Counted from the first letter of the stretch, positions 18,840 through 29,569 are shown. The stretch: 64,000 nucleotides of DNA from Dehalococcoidia bacterium (GCA_963555985.3 OY820591.1:1504001-1568000); one strand, 5' to 3'. Notes: generated by a model from the sequence alone, not told the origin. Made by a program: numbers and translations.

Positions 18840-20126
18840 TCAGTTGATCAGTCTGTGACGGCGACCGGCGTCCGCGAAAATCTCCAGCGCGCGGTCTAAC
18901 TGCTCGTCGGTATGGGTGGCGATGTATGAGGTGCGCAAGATCGCCTGTCCCCTCGGCACGGCAGGCGCGATCACGGCATTCGTGTAGACCCCGTGATCGA
19001 GCAAGTCTTTCCAGAATGCGGCGGTGAGCACCTCGTCGCCCACCCGGATCGGGATGATTGGCGTCTGCGAGTTCGCAATGTCAAACCCGAGCGCTGCAAG
19101 TTCGCGGCGCATCCGCGCCCCGTTCTCCTGCACCCGCTTCACCCGCCACGGTTCTTCGTCGATCAGTTGGAGCGCCGCTAGCGCCGCCGCCGCCGAAGCC
19201 GGCGGCAGCGCCGCCGTGAACAACATCGGACGCGAGAAATGACGGATGTACTCAATCACGATCCGAGGCCCCCCGCAGAAGCCGCCCACCGAGGCGAGCG
19301 TCTTGCTGAACGTGCCGATCGTCAGATCATCAGGCTCCTCCAGGCCGAAGTGAGAGCGCGTTCCGCGCCCGGTCGCTCCGACCGTGCCGATCGCGTGCGC
19401 GTCGTCGACGAGCATCCGCGTGTTGTGCTTCCGGCACACCTCGCGCAGATCGGGCAGGGGCGCCAGATCGCCGCCCATCGAGTATGCGCCGTCAATGATC
19501 ACGAGACGGGCTTGCTCCGGATCGAGGTTGCTCAGCACGCGGTCGAGATGCACCGGATCATTGTGCTGGAAGCGCACGTACTTCCCCAGCGCGAGCCCAG
19601 CTGCGTCGTAGATCGAAGCGTGAACATCCCGGTCAAGTACGGAGACGCCGTGACGGTCCACCAACGCCGACACAGCCCCGAGATTCGCTAGATAGCCCGT
19701 AGAGAACACGATCGCCGCCTCGGACCCGAGAAAGTCCGCCAGCGCCTCCTCCAGTTCCAGGTGGATTGGACTGGTCCCGTTCAACAGCCGCGATCCGGTC
19801 ATTGACGGGCCCCAGCGCCCAAGCGCATCCTGAGCGGCGGCGAGCACATTCGGGTGCCGCGTAAGACCGAGATAGTTGTTCGAGCCGAGCATGATCACAC
19901 GCTGCCCGTCGACGATCGCCTCTGGGCCGTCGTTCACTTCAATCGGCTTGAAGAAGGGATACAGGCCCGCCGCCCGCGCCTGATCAGCGAGCTGAAAATG
20001 CGCGATTCGCGCGAAGATGTCGGGCGAACGCGCGTCCCGTTGACGTCCGTCCATCTCATCCATGCGCAGACCCGCAGCCTCCGCAAGAGCGGTCAATGAC
20101 GGTGTATCCGATTGGCTCTGCGTCAT
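18840..20126 (-). CDS. PLP-dependent alpha-oxoamine synthase, serine palmitoyltransferase-like
   Basis: YPFFKPIE, GSNNYLGL, GSRLLNGT, DDAH, GTFSK, PAVP...LRTSYIATHT; GGAGG RBS. Confidence 0.8.
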   Translation of the reverse strand: MTQSQSDTPSLTALAEAAGLRMDEMDGRQRDARSPDIFARIAHFQLADQARAAGLYPFFKPIEVNDGPEAIVDGQRVIMLGSNNYLGLTRHPNVLAAAQDALGRWGPSMTGSRLLNGTSPIHLELEEALADFLGSEAAIVFSTGYLANLGAVSALVDRHGVSVLDRDVHASIYDAAGLALGKYVRFQHNDPVHLDRVLSNLDPEQARLVIIDGAYSMGGDLAPLPDLREVCRKHNTRMLVDDAHAIGTVGATGRGTRSHFGLEEPDDLTIGTFSKTLASVGGFCGGPRIVIEYIRHFSRPMLFTAALPPASAAAALAALQLIDEEPWRVKRVQENGARMRRELAALGFDIANSQTPIIPIRVGDEVLTAAFWKDLLDHGVYTNAVIAPAVPRGQAILRTSYIATHTDEQLDRALEIFADAGRRHRLIN

Positions 20127-20293
20127 TGCTGTGGAGCCTCCAGTGGGGACGGCCGGAAATCTGCGCGCTGCTTCGTCATGCGAGTGTAAGCGACTTTAGG
20201 CGACGCTCGTTCCTCATATGCAAATCGACCGCAACGTGCGAGTCATATGGCAGAGTGAGGGCGGCGTACCGGGGCTCGGGTTTGGTGGACTCG

Positions 20294-21097
20294 ATGCGGA
20301 TTGACCTCAAGTCCGCCGCGATGCTTGCGGCGACCGCGTTTGCGCTCCTGATCGTCTTCGGCGCTGTTTGGCCCGGGCATGGCGTCTGGTTGCTCGCCCT
20401 GGCCTTGGTGCTCTGTGCCGCCGCTGCCGTCCTCTGGCTTCGAGAGACGCAGGCGGAGAGTGCGTCGCAAGGAGTGCCAACCGCTCACTTTTCGCCATTC
20501 GCAGACGCGGTGGCGTACTCCAGAAGCGCTAATCGTCCGCCGAGCTTTTCGCGATCGCACGCCCTAACGCCCGCACGAGGGATTCCGCTGGCAGCGCTTG
20601 TCGCCGCAATCGGGGCGGTAGCGCTAGTCCTCTATGTCGGCGGCGCAACTGCCGGGAGTGGAGAGGCCGCGCAGCAGGCGATGACTCTTGGCTCGGACGT
20701 CGAAGTCATCGATCGCCACTCCACAGATTTCGGAACCGGCAGCACTCAAACGGGAACCGGAGACCCCGGCTCGAACAGCGAAGTGAGCAGCGAGACGGCC
20801 ACGGCCCCGTTACGCCCAATCGTGGTCGAAGATCCCAGCGGTACGACCCCATTGAGCCAACGCGGCGGACAGTTCGCCACAACCGCAGAGTCCACTAGAA
20901 CGGACGATGAATCCGCAGCCGGAACACTGACGCCCGATCCGGATACGTTCACCTACATCGTCGAGTCCGGGGACACGCTCTGGGACATCGCTACTCGATT
21001 CGACCTCGATGTGTCTGTGCTCATCGACCTGAATGGTCTCTCCAACGCCGATCTACAGATTGGCGACGAACTGGAGATCCCGGAACCGGCGGATTAG
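20294..21097 (+). CDS. Membrane protein with C-terminal LysM domain
   Basis: Three hydrophobic segments; YIVESGDTLWDIA...LNGL...LQIGDELEIP. Confidence 0.85.
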   Translation: MRIDLKSAAMLAATAFALLIVFGAVWPGHGVWLLALALVLCAAAAVLWLRETQAESASQGVPTAHFSPFADAVAYSRSANRPPSFSRSHALTPARGIPLAALVAAIGAVALVLYVGGATAGSGEAAQQAMTLGSDVEVIDRHSTDFGTGSTQTGTGDPGSNSEVSSETATAPLRPIVVEDPSGTTPLSQRGGQFATTAESTRTDDESAAGTLTPDPDTFTYIVESGDTLWDIATRFDLDVSVLIDLNGLSNADLQIGDELEIPEPAD

Positions 21098-21106
21098 GCG
21101 CGTTCC

Positions 21107-21997
21107 TCAGCTATGCAGCCGATGCTGCACGATCTGCGCCGCGCGCGCCTGTTCGTCGGCGTGGTAAGAGCTTCGCACCATCGGCCCGCACTCAGCGTGA
21201 AGGAATCCCAGCGCGAGCGCCTCCTGACGAATCTCGGCGAACTCGTCCGGGGTGAGGAATCGAGCGACTGGCAGATGACGCTGCGTCGGTCTCAGGTACT
21301 GCCCGACCGTGAGCAGATCGACATCCGCTGCGCGGATATCACGCAGAAGTTCAGTCACCTCCTCGCGGGTCTCGCCGAGCCCAAGCATGAATCCGGTCTT
21401 GGTCGGGATGCTTGGCTTATGTCGCCCCGCGCGGGCGAGCAACTCCAGACTGCGCGTATAGCGCGCTCGATGGCGAACGCGCGGATAGAGGCGCTCAACC
21501 GTCTCGACGTTGTGATTGAGCACCGTCGGCCGGGCTTCCAACACGCTGTCCAGCGCTGCCCAGTTGCCCTCAAAGTCCGGGACCAGCACCTCGACTGATG
21601 TCTGGGGCCGCCGCCGCCGAATCTGGCGGATGCACGCGGCGAAGACCTGCGCCCCGCCGTCCGGCGCGTCGTCGCGGTTGACGGAAGTAATCACCACGTA
21701 GTTCAGGCCGAGTTGGTCGACTGTTTCCGCGAGCCGAGCCGGCTCGCTCCAATCAATCGCCGCAGGCCGCCCCGAATTCACCGCGCAGAAACCGCAGGCG
21801 CGGGTACACGTGTCGCCCAAAATCATGAACGTCGCCGTGCCGCGATTGAAGCACTCTCCAATGTTGGGACAGTGCGCCTCCTGACAGACCGTGTGCAACG
21901 CTTGACCGCGAAGCAGCCGGACGATCTCGGAGTAGCGCTCCCCGCTCGGGAATTGCGCCCGAATCCAGCGCGGCTTCGGCTCGAAACGGCCGCTCAT
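21107..21997 (-). CDS. lipA: Lipoyl synthase
   Basis: CQEAHCPNIGEC, CTRACGFC, VRSSY. Confidence 0.97.
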   Translation of the reverse strand: MSGRFEPKPRWIRAQFPSGERYSEIVRLLRGQALHTVCQEAHCPNIGECFNRGTATFMILGDTCTRACGFCAVNSGRPAAIDWSEPARLAETVDQLGLNYVVITSVNRDDAPDGGAQVFAACIRQIRRRRPQTSVEVLVPDFEGNWAALDSVLEARPTVLNHNVETVERLYPRVRHRARYTRSLELLARAGRHKPSIPTKTGFMLGLGETREEVTELLRDIRAADVDLLTVGQYLRPTQRHLPVARFLTPDEFAEIRQEALALGFLHAECGPMVRSSYHADEQARAAQIVQHRLHS

Positions 21998-22704
21998 GTC
22001 GTGCCCAACCGTAGCTCGACCGGCGCGAGCCGCAGCCCCAGCACCGTTGCGAATGCGCGCTCAAAGCACGGCACCACCTCAGCGACCGTGAGCTCACAGC
22101 CTGTCTCTTGCCACAACGAAGTCATCTCTACGCCAACGATGCCGCAGGCAGTAATCGCGTCGAACCACCCAAGCTCCGTGTTGACGTTCAGCGCCAAACC
22201 GTGCCGACTCACGCCCGCTTTGACGCGAACCCCGATGCTCGCCAGCTTGCGGCCCTCCACCCACACGCCCGGCCGACCGCGCACTCGCTCGCCGCTCACG
22301 CCGAAGGCGGCGGTAGTCTCAATCACCGACTCCTCAAGCGAGCGGATGTAGCGCCTGATCCCGATCCCTCGTTCACGAATCCTCAATAGCGGCCATGCGA
22401 CCAATTGGCCCGGACCGTGAAAGGTTAGGTCGCCGCCCCGGTCGGTATCGACCAGCGGCGCCCGCAGGTCGCCCTCGGGGACAAGCAAGTGCTCGCGCCC
22501 GCCGCGACGTCCTTGTGTATACGTCGGCGCATGTTCCAGGATGGCCACAGCCTCGGGAAGAGATCCTCTGACGATCGCTTCCGCACGCCGGGCCTGCCAC
22601 TCGCTGGCGGCGCCGTACTCGATGCGCCCGAGCTGCCCCACCTGAACGATTTGCGAACGTTCGAAGACGGGCGCTGATCCGCTGGCGATCGACGATTGGG
22701 ACAT
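21994..22704 (-). CDS. lipB: Octanoyltransferase
   Basis: EH..TYTQG, RGGDLTFHGPGQL, KLASIG, HGLALN, ACG. Confidence 0.95.
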   Translation of the reverse strand: MSQSSIASGSAPVFERSQIVQVGQLGRIEYGAASEWQARRAEAIVRGSLPEAVAILEHAPTYTQGRRGGREHLLVPEGDLRAPLVDTDRGGDLTFHGPGQLVAWPLLRIRERGIGIRRYIRSLEESVIETTAAFGVSGERVRGRPGVWVEGRKLASIGVRVKAGVSRHGLALNVNTELGWFDAITACGIVGVEMTSLWQETGCELTVAEVVPCFERAFATVLGLRLAPVELRLGTT

Positions 22705-22848
22705 GAACTGATACCAGACGCCGCTCGGTGAGCGTTGGGTTAAGTGTAGGCCGCGACAACTGCATCCAGCCCTGAAGATGGTCTCTGTTTGGCTAGACTG
22801 ACCGCAGCGCCCGCCCCGCTCAAGAGCGCGACGCTTGCTGGATGAACG

Positions 22849-25554
22849 ATGACGACCTCGCAGTCACCCTGGCGTTCTGCTCTTGCCGGCGTCGCGGACT
22901 CAAGCGGTGCCGACGACTGGCTGGAAACGCACGACTGGATCGACTCGCTCCGAGATGTTGCGCGCAGGCGCGGATCAGAGCGCGTCTCGCGCCTGTTGCA
23001 GGCGCTTCAGATCGAGGCGCAACGCTCCGGCATTCGCCTCCCGGTCACCTCCCAGACTCCTTACGTCAACACGATCCCGCTGGAGAAACAGCCGCCCTAT
23101 CCGGGTGATGTCGCGCTTGAGCGCCGGATCAAGTCGATCATTCGCTGGAACGCGATGGCCATGGTCGTTGAGGCCAATCAGAACGAGCACGGCATCGGCG
23201 GACACATCTCCACCTATGCCTCCGCCGCGACCCTGCACGAGGTTGGCTTCAACCACTTCTTCCGCGGCCAGGATCATCCCTGCGGCGGCGATCTCGTCTA
23301 CTTCCAAGGCCATTCCGCGCCCGGAATCTATGCGCGCGGATACGTCGAAGGCCGCCTCACCCCGCAACAGTTGCACGGCTTCCGCCGTGAGCTTTCCGGC
23401 GGTTTGCCCTCATATCCCCATCCCTGGCTCATGAACGACTACTGGCAGTTTGCCACCGTCTCAATGGGCTTGGGACCGATCCAGGCGATCTACCAGGCCC
23501 GATTTATCCGCTACCTCGAGAATCGCGGTCTGATCCCTCGCACCGATCGCAAAGTCTGGTGCTTCCTCGGCGACGGCGAGACCGACGAGCCGGAGACTCT
23601 CGGCTCGATCGCCCTCGCCTCGCGCGAGTCGCTCGACAATCTGATCTTCGTGGTCAATTGCAACTTGCAGCGCCTCGATGGCCCGGTGCGCGGCAATGGC
23701 CAAATCATCCAAGAATTGGAGTCCGTCTTCCGAGGTGTTGGCTGGCACGTAGTCAAAGTGCTCTGGGGCAGCGAATGGGACGAGCTCCTGGCTCGCGACG
23801 AGCATGGCTTGCTCGTCCAGCGGATGGGCGAAGTCGTTGATGGCGAGTACCAGAAGTACACCGTCGCCGGCGGCGCCTACATCCGCGAGAACTTCTGGGG
23901 CGTCGATCCACGCCTGCTGCAAATGGTCGAAGACATCTCCGACGATGAACTCTGGCGGATGAGACTGGGCGGGCACGATCCCCACAAGGTCCATGCCGCC
24001 TACGCGGACGCTGCCGCGCACAAAGGCGCGCCGACGGTCATTCTCGCCCGCACGATCAAGGGTTACGGACTCGGCGAGGCTGGCGAAGGCCGCAATATCA
24101 CCCACCAGCAGAAGGAGCTCAACGAGCGCGAACTGATGCAGTTCCGCGACCGATTCGCAATTCCCCTCTCCGACGCCGAAGTGGTTGGCGCGCCGCTCTA
24201 TCGGCCCGCTCATGACAGTGCCGAGTCGCAGTACATCGCCCAGCGGCGCGCCGACCTCGGCGGACACGTACCCGAGCGCCGGTCCCCGCCGAGCACGCTC
24301 ACCTCGCCGCCCGACGAGACGTTTGCGGAATTCCTCGAAGGCACCGGCGAGCGCGAAGCCTCGACCACAATGGGCTTCGTCCGCATGTTGAGCCGGCTGA
24401 TGCGTGACCGCGAACTGGGCGAGCGGATCGTCCCAATCGTGCCCGACGAATCCCGAACCTTCGGCATGGAGGGCATGTTCCGCGAGTTCGGCATCTACGC
24501 CTCCACCGGTCAGCTCTATGAGCCGGTCGACTCCGATCGGCTGCTCTACTACAAGGAGTCCCGCGACGGTCAAATCCTCGAAGAGGGGATCACCGAGGCC
24601 GGCGCGATGTCGTCCTTCATCGCCAGCGGTATGGCCTACTCCACCCTCAAGGTGCCGATGATCCCGTTCTTCATCTTCTACTCGATGTTCGGCTTGCAGC
24701 GATTCGGCGACCTCGCCTACGCGGCCGGCGACGCACGCACTCGTGGATTCCTGATCGGCGCGACCGCGGGCCGGACGACGCTGAACGGCGAAGGCCTCCA
24801 GCACCAGGACGGGCACAGCCACTTGCTCGCCTCGGTGATCCCCAACCTGGTCGCCTACGACCCCGCCTATGCCTATGAAGTGGCCGTGATCGTGCAGGAA
24901 GGCATCCGCCGAATGCACGAAGCGAACGAGGACGTGTTCTTCTACATCACCGTTGAGAACGAGGCCTATCGTCAACCCTCAATGCCGGCCTCGGATGATG
25001 TGCGAGACGGAATCCTGCGCGGCCTCTACCAGCTCGATCCGGCCTCGAACGGCAGCGCTCCGCAGGTGCGCCTCTTCGGCAGCGGCCCCATCCTCAACGA
25101 GGTGCGCCGTGCTCAGAAGATCCTGCACGACGACTACGGTGTCAGCGCAGACGTATGGTCGGTCACTTCATACACCGAGCTTCGGCGCGATGCACAGACG
25201 ATTGAGCGCTGGAATCGCCTGCACCCGCTGGAGCAGCCCCGCCGGAGCTATCTCGAAAAGATGCTCGGCGAGAACCCTGCTCCAATCGTCGCTGCCAGCG
25301 ACTACCTGACAGCGCTCCCGGACCTGGTGGGACGCTGGCTCCCCGGCCCGCTGACCGCGCTCGGTACCGACGGCTTCGGCCGCTCGGACACCCGCGCAGC
25401 GTTGCGCGACTTCTTTGAGATTGATGCTCGTCACGTAGCGTGGTCCGCGCTCTCCGCGCTAGCACGCGACGGGATCGTGGATGGCGACGTCCTGATCCAG
25501 GCGCGAGCTGAACTGGACATTGATCCGAACCGCGCCGATCCGATGATGCGCTAG
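22849..25554 (+). CDS. aceE: Pyruvate dehydrogenase E1, homodimeric type
   Basis: GGHISTYAS, SYPHPWLM, GDGETDEPE, NCNLQRLDGPVRGN, EGLQHQDGHS. Confidence 0.96.
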   Translation: MTTSQSPWRSALAGVADSSGADDWLETHDWIDSLRDVARRRGSERVSRLLQALQIEAQRSGIRLPVTSQTPYVNTIPLEKQPPYPGDVALERRIKSIIRWNAMAMVVEANQNEHGIGGHISTYASAATLHEVGFNHFFRGQDHPCGGDLVYFQGHSAPGIYARGYVEGRLTPQQLHGFRRELSGGLPSYPHPWLMNDYWQFATVSMGLGPIQAIYQARFIRYLENRGLIPRTDRKVWCFLGDGETDEPETLGSIALASRESLDNLIFVVNCNLQRLDGPVRGNGQIIQELESVFRGVGWHVVKVLWGSEWDELLARDEHGLLVQRMGEVVDGEYQKYTVAGGAYIRENFWGVDPRLLQMVEDISDDELWRMRLGGHDPHKVHAAYADAAAHKGAPTVILARTIKGYGLGEAGEGRNITHQQKELNERELMQFRDRFAIPLSDAEVVGAPLYRPAHDSAESQYIAQRRADLGGHVPERRSPPSTLTSPPDETFAEFLEGTGEREASTTMGFVRMLSRLMRDRELGERIVPIVPDESRTFGMEGMFREFGIYASTGQLYEPVDSDRLLYYKESRDGQILEEGITEAGAMSSFIASGMAYSTLKVPMIPFFIFYSMFGLQRFGDLAYAAGDARTRGFLIGATAGRTTLNGEGLQHQDGHSHLLASVIPNLVAYDPAYAYEVAVIVQEGIRRMHEANEDVFFYITVENEAYRQPSMPASDDVRDGILRGLYQLDPASNGSAPQVRLFGSGPILNEVRRAQKILHDDYGVSADVWSVTSYTELRRDAQTIERWNRLHPLEQPRRSYLEKMLGENPAPIVAASDYLTALPDLVGRWLPGPLTALGTDGFGRSDTRAALRDFFEIDARHVAWSALSALARDGIVDGDVLIQARAELDIDPNRADPMMR

Positions 25555-25565
25555 GGAGAGCGGAT

Positions 25566-26969
25566 ATGGCCGACGCGGCGACGGCGGAGATCATCGACTT
25601 CCTCCTGCCCGATCTCGGTGAGGACATCGAAGAAGCGGACGTGCTCGAGATCCACGTCCGTGTAGGCGACACGGTCGTACTCGAACAGCCGCTGATGGAA
25701 ATCGAGACTGAAAAGGCAACGCTCGATCTGCCCTCGTCCGTAGCTGGCGTCATTACCGCCATTCACGTCTCCGTCGGCGACACGATCAAGCCGGGCGACC
25801 CCGTGATTTCGGTGCGTGCCGGCGTTGCAGCCCAAGCAGCGCCGCCGCCTGAGCCGCCTCAGTCGACATCGCCCCCCCAAGCGGAACCATCCCCGCCAAT
25901 GCCGACCGCAGTTGCTGAACCAGATCACAGCCCTGCAACAGCACCGCCGGCAGAGCCGTCGCCTCCACAGCCTTCAGAGTCAGAGGGGCCTCTAGTCCGT
26001 CCCGCAGCGGTATCACCCTTGCTTGACGGAGAACCGGACGCGCGTCCGGTCTTCGCCTCACCATCTGTGCGGCGTTTTGCCAGAGAGATCGGCGTCGATA
26101 TCCGTTCCGTCACCGGCAGCGGCCCAGGTGGGCGAATCTCCGAGGACGACGTCAAGAACGCATCGCGAGCGCGTCACGCCGCACACGCCGAACCGCGCCG
26201 ACCCGCAACACCCCCTCAATCGCCCCGCGCCCCGGCCCCGCTCCCCGATTTCGCCGAGTTCGGACCGATTGAACGAGTCCCGATGAGCCGCTTGCGCCGC
26301 ACCATCAAGCGCAACATGGCCGTCTCCTGGCACGAAGTGCCGCACGTCACCCTCTTCCACACGGCAGACATCACCGACCTCGAAGACCTACGCCGGCAGT
26401 ATCGCTCTCGCGCTGAAGACGCCGGCGGGCGTCTGACGATCACCGCAATCATGCTCAAGATCGTCGCCGTAGCGCTGAAAGCTCATCCCCACGTCAACAG
26501 CAGCCTCGACGCCGAAGCCGACGAACTGATTCTCAAGCGCTACATGCATCTCGGCGTCGCGGTCGACACGCCTCGAGGACTGGTCGTACCCGTCATTCGC
26601 GATGTCGACAAGAAGAACATCGTCCAAATCGCGGTCGAGCTCACCGACATCTCGGAGCGCGCACGCAGCGGAGACCTCGGACTCGAGGACTTCCGCGGCA
26701 GCAGTTTCACCCTTACCAATCTCGGCGGTATCGGAACAGGACACTTTACGCCGATCATCCACCACCCGAACACAGCGATCCTCGGCCTGGGACGCGCCGA
26801 GCGCCGCGCCGTTTGGTCGGACCTGCGCAATCAGTGGGAGCCGCGCAGCATCATGCCGCTCTCGTTCACGTTCGACCACCGCGTGCTGGACGGTGCCGAC
26901 GGCGCGCGCTTCGCAAGCTGGATCACCGACGCCATCCGCCAGCCGCTCGTCCTGGCGCTTGAAGGGTAG
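25566..26969 (+). CDS. aceF: Dihydrolipoamide acyltransferase E2 (one lipoyl domain)
   Basis: ETEKAT lipoyl lysine, ASPSVRRFARE binding domain, DHRVLDG. Confidence 0.93.
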   Translation: MADAATAEIIDFLLPDLGEDIEEADVLEIHVRVGDTVVLEQPLMEIETEKATLDLPSSVAGVITAIHVSVGDTIKPGDPVISVRAGVAAQAAPPPEPPQSTSPPQAEPSPPMPTAVAEPDHSPATAPPAEPSPPQPSESEGPLVRPAAVSPLLDGEPDARPVFASPSVRRFAREIGVDIRSVTGSGPGGRISEDDVKNASRARHAAHAEPRRPATPPQSPRAPAPLPDFAEFGPIERVPMSRLRRTIKRNMAVSWHEVPHVTLFHTADITDLEDLRRQYRSRAEDAGGRLTITAIMLKIVAVALKAHPHVNSSLDAEADELILKRYMHLGVAVDTPRGLVVPVIRDVDKKNIVQIAVELTDISERARSGDLGLEDFRGSSFTLTNLGGIGTGHFTPIIHHPNTAILGLGRAERRAVWSDLRNQWEPRSIMPLSFTFDHRVLDGADGARFASWITDAIRQPLVLALEG

Positions 26970-26975
26970 GCGCGG

Positions 26976-28427
26976 GTGAACGGCGCAGAAGCTCCAGGCA
27001 TCGTTGGCGACGAACGACTGCGAGTCGCTGTCCTCGGAGCCGGGCCAGGTGGATATCCGGCCGCATTCCTCGCCGCCGAGCGAGGTCTCGATGTCACCTT
27101 GATCGATAAAGCCCCCCAGCCGGGCGGTGTCTGTCTCTATGAAGGCTGTATTCCCTCCAAAGCCCTCCTCCACGTCGCCAAACTCCTGCGCGAAGCCGAG
27201 GAAGCCGCCGGATGGGGAATCAGCTTCGGGCCGCCCCGCATCGATCTGGATGAACTCCGCAGCTGGAAAGACGACACAATTCGCAAAATGACCGGCGGAC
27301 TCGGCCTGCTGCGACGGCAGCACAACGTGCGCTACGCCCAGGGCTACGGCCGGATCCGCGACGCCACGCGGCTCAACGTCGAGCACGCCGGCGAGGTGCT
27401 TGAGATCGAGTATGACGCGCTGATCGTGGCGACCGGTTCTTCCCCCTCAATCCCCCCCCCGCTTCAAATTGAGTCCGAACGGATCATGGACTCGACCGCG
27501 GCGCTCTCCCTGCCGGACATTCCCGAGACAATGCTCGTCGTCGGTGGCGGCTACATCGGCCTCGAACTCGGCACGGTCTACGCCGCGCTCGGCACGAGCG
27601 TCACCGTCGTCGAAATGCTGCCTCAGCTCCTGACCGGAGTCGAACGCGAGCTAGTCCGAATCCTGGAGCGCAGTCTCCGCCCGCGGCTATCCGCCATCCA
27701 CGTCAACACCTCCGTGGTCTGCGCAGAAGAAGTCAGCGACGGAATCCAGGTCACGTTGCGAGATCCCGAGGGCGTCGAACGCACCGAGACCTTCGATCGC
27801 GTGCTCGCGGCGACCGGGCGGCGTCCGAATAGCGCCGGACTCGGGCTCGAACGGACTCAGGCGCACGTCGATCCAAGCGGGTTCATCGAGACCGATCGCC
27901 AACGCCGGACGGCGGAACCGACCGTCTTCGCAGTCGGAGATGTGGCCGGGGAGCCAATGCTGGCGCACAAGGCGACCCACGAAGCCTCAGTCGCCGTCGG
28001 CGCGATCTGCGATGAACTGACCTCGTTCGAGCCGCTCGCGGTACCGGCCGTGATCTTCACCGACCCCGAAATCGCTTGGTGCGGCCTATCAGAATCGGAA
28101 GCCATCGCCTTGGACATCAACGCCACGACCGCCAGTTTCCCCTGGGGGGCATTGGGACGAGCAAGCGCCGCCGGCCGCAACGATGGTCTGACGCGGCTAG
28201 TGATCGAGCGCGACACCGAGCGCGTGCTAGGCGTGCAAATCGTGGGCGCTGGCGCTGGCGAACTCATCGGCGAGGGAGTGCTGGCAGTCGAGTTGGGCGC
28301 GCGGACGGCAGACCTGGCCGAATCCATTCACGCCCACCCAACCCTGTCGGAGTCCCTAATGGAGGCGGCCGCAGTGTTCTACGGCCGCAGTCCCCATTAC
28401 CTCAGCCGCCGCTCGGCAAGACGCTGA
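26976..28427 (+). CDS. lpdA: Dihydrolipoamide dehydrogenase
   Basis: GAGPGG, GGVCLYEGCIPSK, HAHPTLSE. Confidence 0.96.
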   Translation: MNGAEAPGIVGDERLRVAVLGAGPGGYPAAFLAAERGLDVTLIDKAPQPGGVCLYEGCIPSKALLHVAKLLREAEEAAGWGISFGPPRIDLDELRSWKDDTIRKMTGGLGLLRRQHNVRYAQGYGRIRDATRLNVEHAGEVLEIEYDALIVATGSSPSIPPPLQIESERIMDSTAALSLPDIPETMLVVGGGYIGLELGTVYAALGTSVTVVEMLPQLLTGVERELVRILERSLRPRLSAIHVNTSVVCAEEVSDGIQVTLRDPEGVERTETFDRVLAATGRRPNSAGLGLERTQAHVDPSGFIETDRQRRTAEPTVFAVGDVAGEPMLAHKATHEASVAVGAICDELTSFEPLAVPAVIFTDPEIAWCGLSESEAIALDINATTASFPWGALGRASAAGRNDGLTRLVIERDTERVLGVQIVGAGAGELIGEGVLAVELGARTADLAESIHAHPTLSESLMEAAAVFYGRSPHYLSRRSARR

Positions 28428-28455
28428 CCCCACCCTCCGCGATACTGAACTGACC

Positions 28456-29322
28456 ATGTTGATCGAACTTGGCGACCGCACCCTGGACGCGACCGATCGC
28501 TGCCATGTGATGGGCATCCTCAACGTGGCGACCGACTCTCCGGTCGCCGACTCGATCGTCGCCGTCGGCGATGCGCCCCGCCGAGCCGAAGCGATGCGAG
28601 CAGCCGGCGCCTCAATCATCGACGTGGGCGCGCAGTCCACGCGCACTGGAGCGGCAGCGGTGTCCGTTGACGAGGAGATCGCGCGCGTCACCCCCGTCGT
28701 CGAATCCCTCGTGCGCGAAGGTCATCTCGTCTCGGTCGACACCTGGACTGCCCCGGTCGCGCGGGCAGCGGTCAATGCTGGCGCACACCTGATCAACGAC
28801 ATCACCGGCGCCGAACCGGAGACCGTCGCAGTCGCGGTCGAGACAAAGACACCCTTATTGATCATGCACATGCGCGGGCGGCCTCAGCACCACCGCTCCG
28901 AATTGCATGATTATGTCAATGTAGGCGACGAAGTCCGGGAATACCTCTCGCGTCGCGCTCAAGACATCCTCGCCGCTGGCGCGCCGTCAGTCTGGATCGA
29001 CCCCGGCTTCCAGTTCGGCCGCGGCCTCGCTGACAACCTTCGCCTGCTGCTGGATCTACCCAGGCTCTCAGCCCTTGGATATCCGGTCCTGATCTCCGCC
29101 TCGCGCAAGGGTTTCCTCGCTGAGATTCTCGGACACGGCGAACTTCGCTCGCACGACGCCCAGGCCCGCCCCGGGATGCTTGAAGCGACCCTCGGATTCA
29201 ACGTGCTGGCCGCCTGGCTCGGCGCACATGTCGTCCGCGTCCACGATGTCGAGTCCGTCGCCTGGGCGTTGCGCGTATCGGATGCAGCCCGCCGGCAATG
29301 GCGAGCTGACAGCGGATCATGA
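28456..29322 (+). CDS. folP: Dihydropteroate synthase
   Basis: MGILNV, STR, SVDT, INDI, DPG, SRK, RVHDV. Confidence 0.88.
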   Translation: MLIELGDRTLDATDRCHVMGILNVATDSPVADSIVAVGDAPRRAEAMRAAGASIIDVGAQSTRTGAAAVSVDEEIARVTPVVESLVREGHLVSVDTWTAPVARAAVNAGAHLINDITGAEPETVAVAVETKTPLLIMHMRGRPQHHRSELHDYVNVGDEVREYLSRRAQDILAAGAPSVWIDPGFQFGRGLADNLRLLLDLPRLSALGYPVLISASRKGFLAEILGHGELRSHDAQARPGMLEATLGFNVLAAWLGAHVVRVHDVESVAWALRVSDAARRQWRADSGS

Positions 29323-29368
29323 GTTGGGAGTACCCTGAACCGTAGTTGCATTGAGGAGAAGGAAAACG

Positions 29369-29569
29369 ATGCCCGTCTACACCTACCGCTGCGAAACCTG
29401 CGGCGAAGACTTCGAGAAAATCCGCCCCATGTCTCAGGCTGGTGAAGCGCAACCCTGTCCAAAGTGCGAACTGCCCGCAGAACGCAGCGTCGCCGGCGTC
29501 TTCGAGAACAACAGCAGCAAGAACCGTTCGGCCAACTTCCCCAAACGCAAGCGCTACACGAACTGGTAG
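29369..29569 (+). CDS. FmdB-family zinc-ribbon protein
   Basis: MPVYTYRCETCGEDFE...CPKC. Confidence 0.9.
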   Translation: MPVYTYRCETCGEDFEKIRPMSQAGEAQPCPKCELPAERSVAGVFENNSSKNRSANFPKRKRYTNW

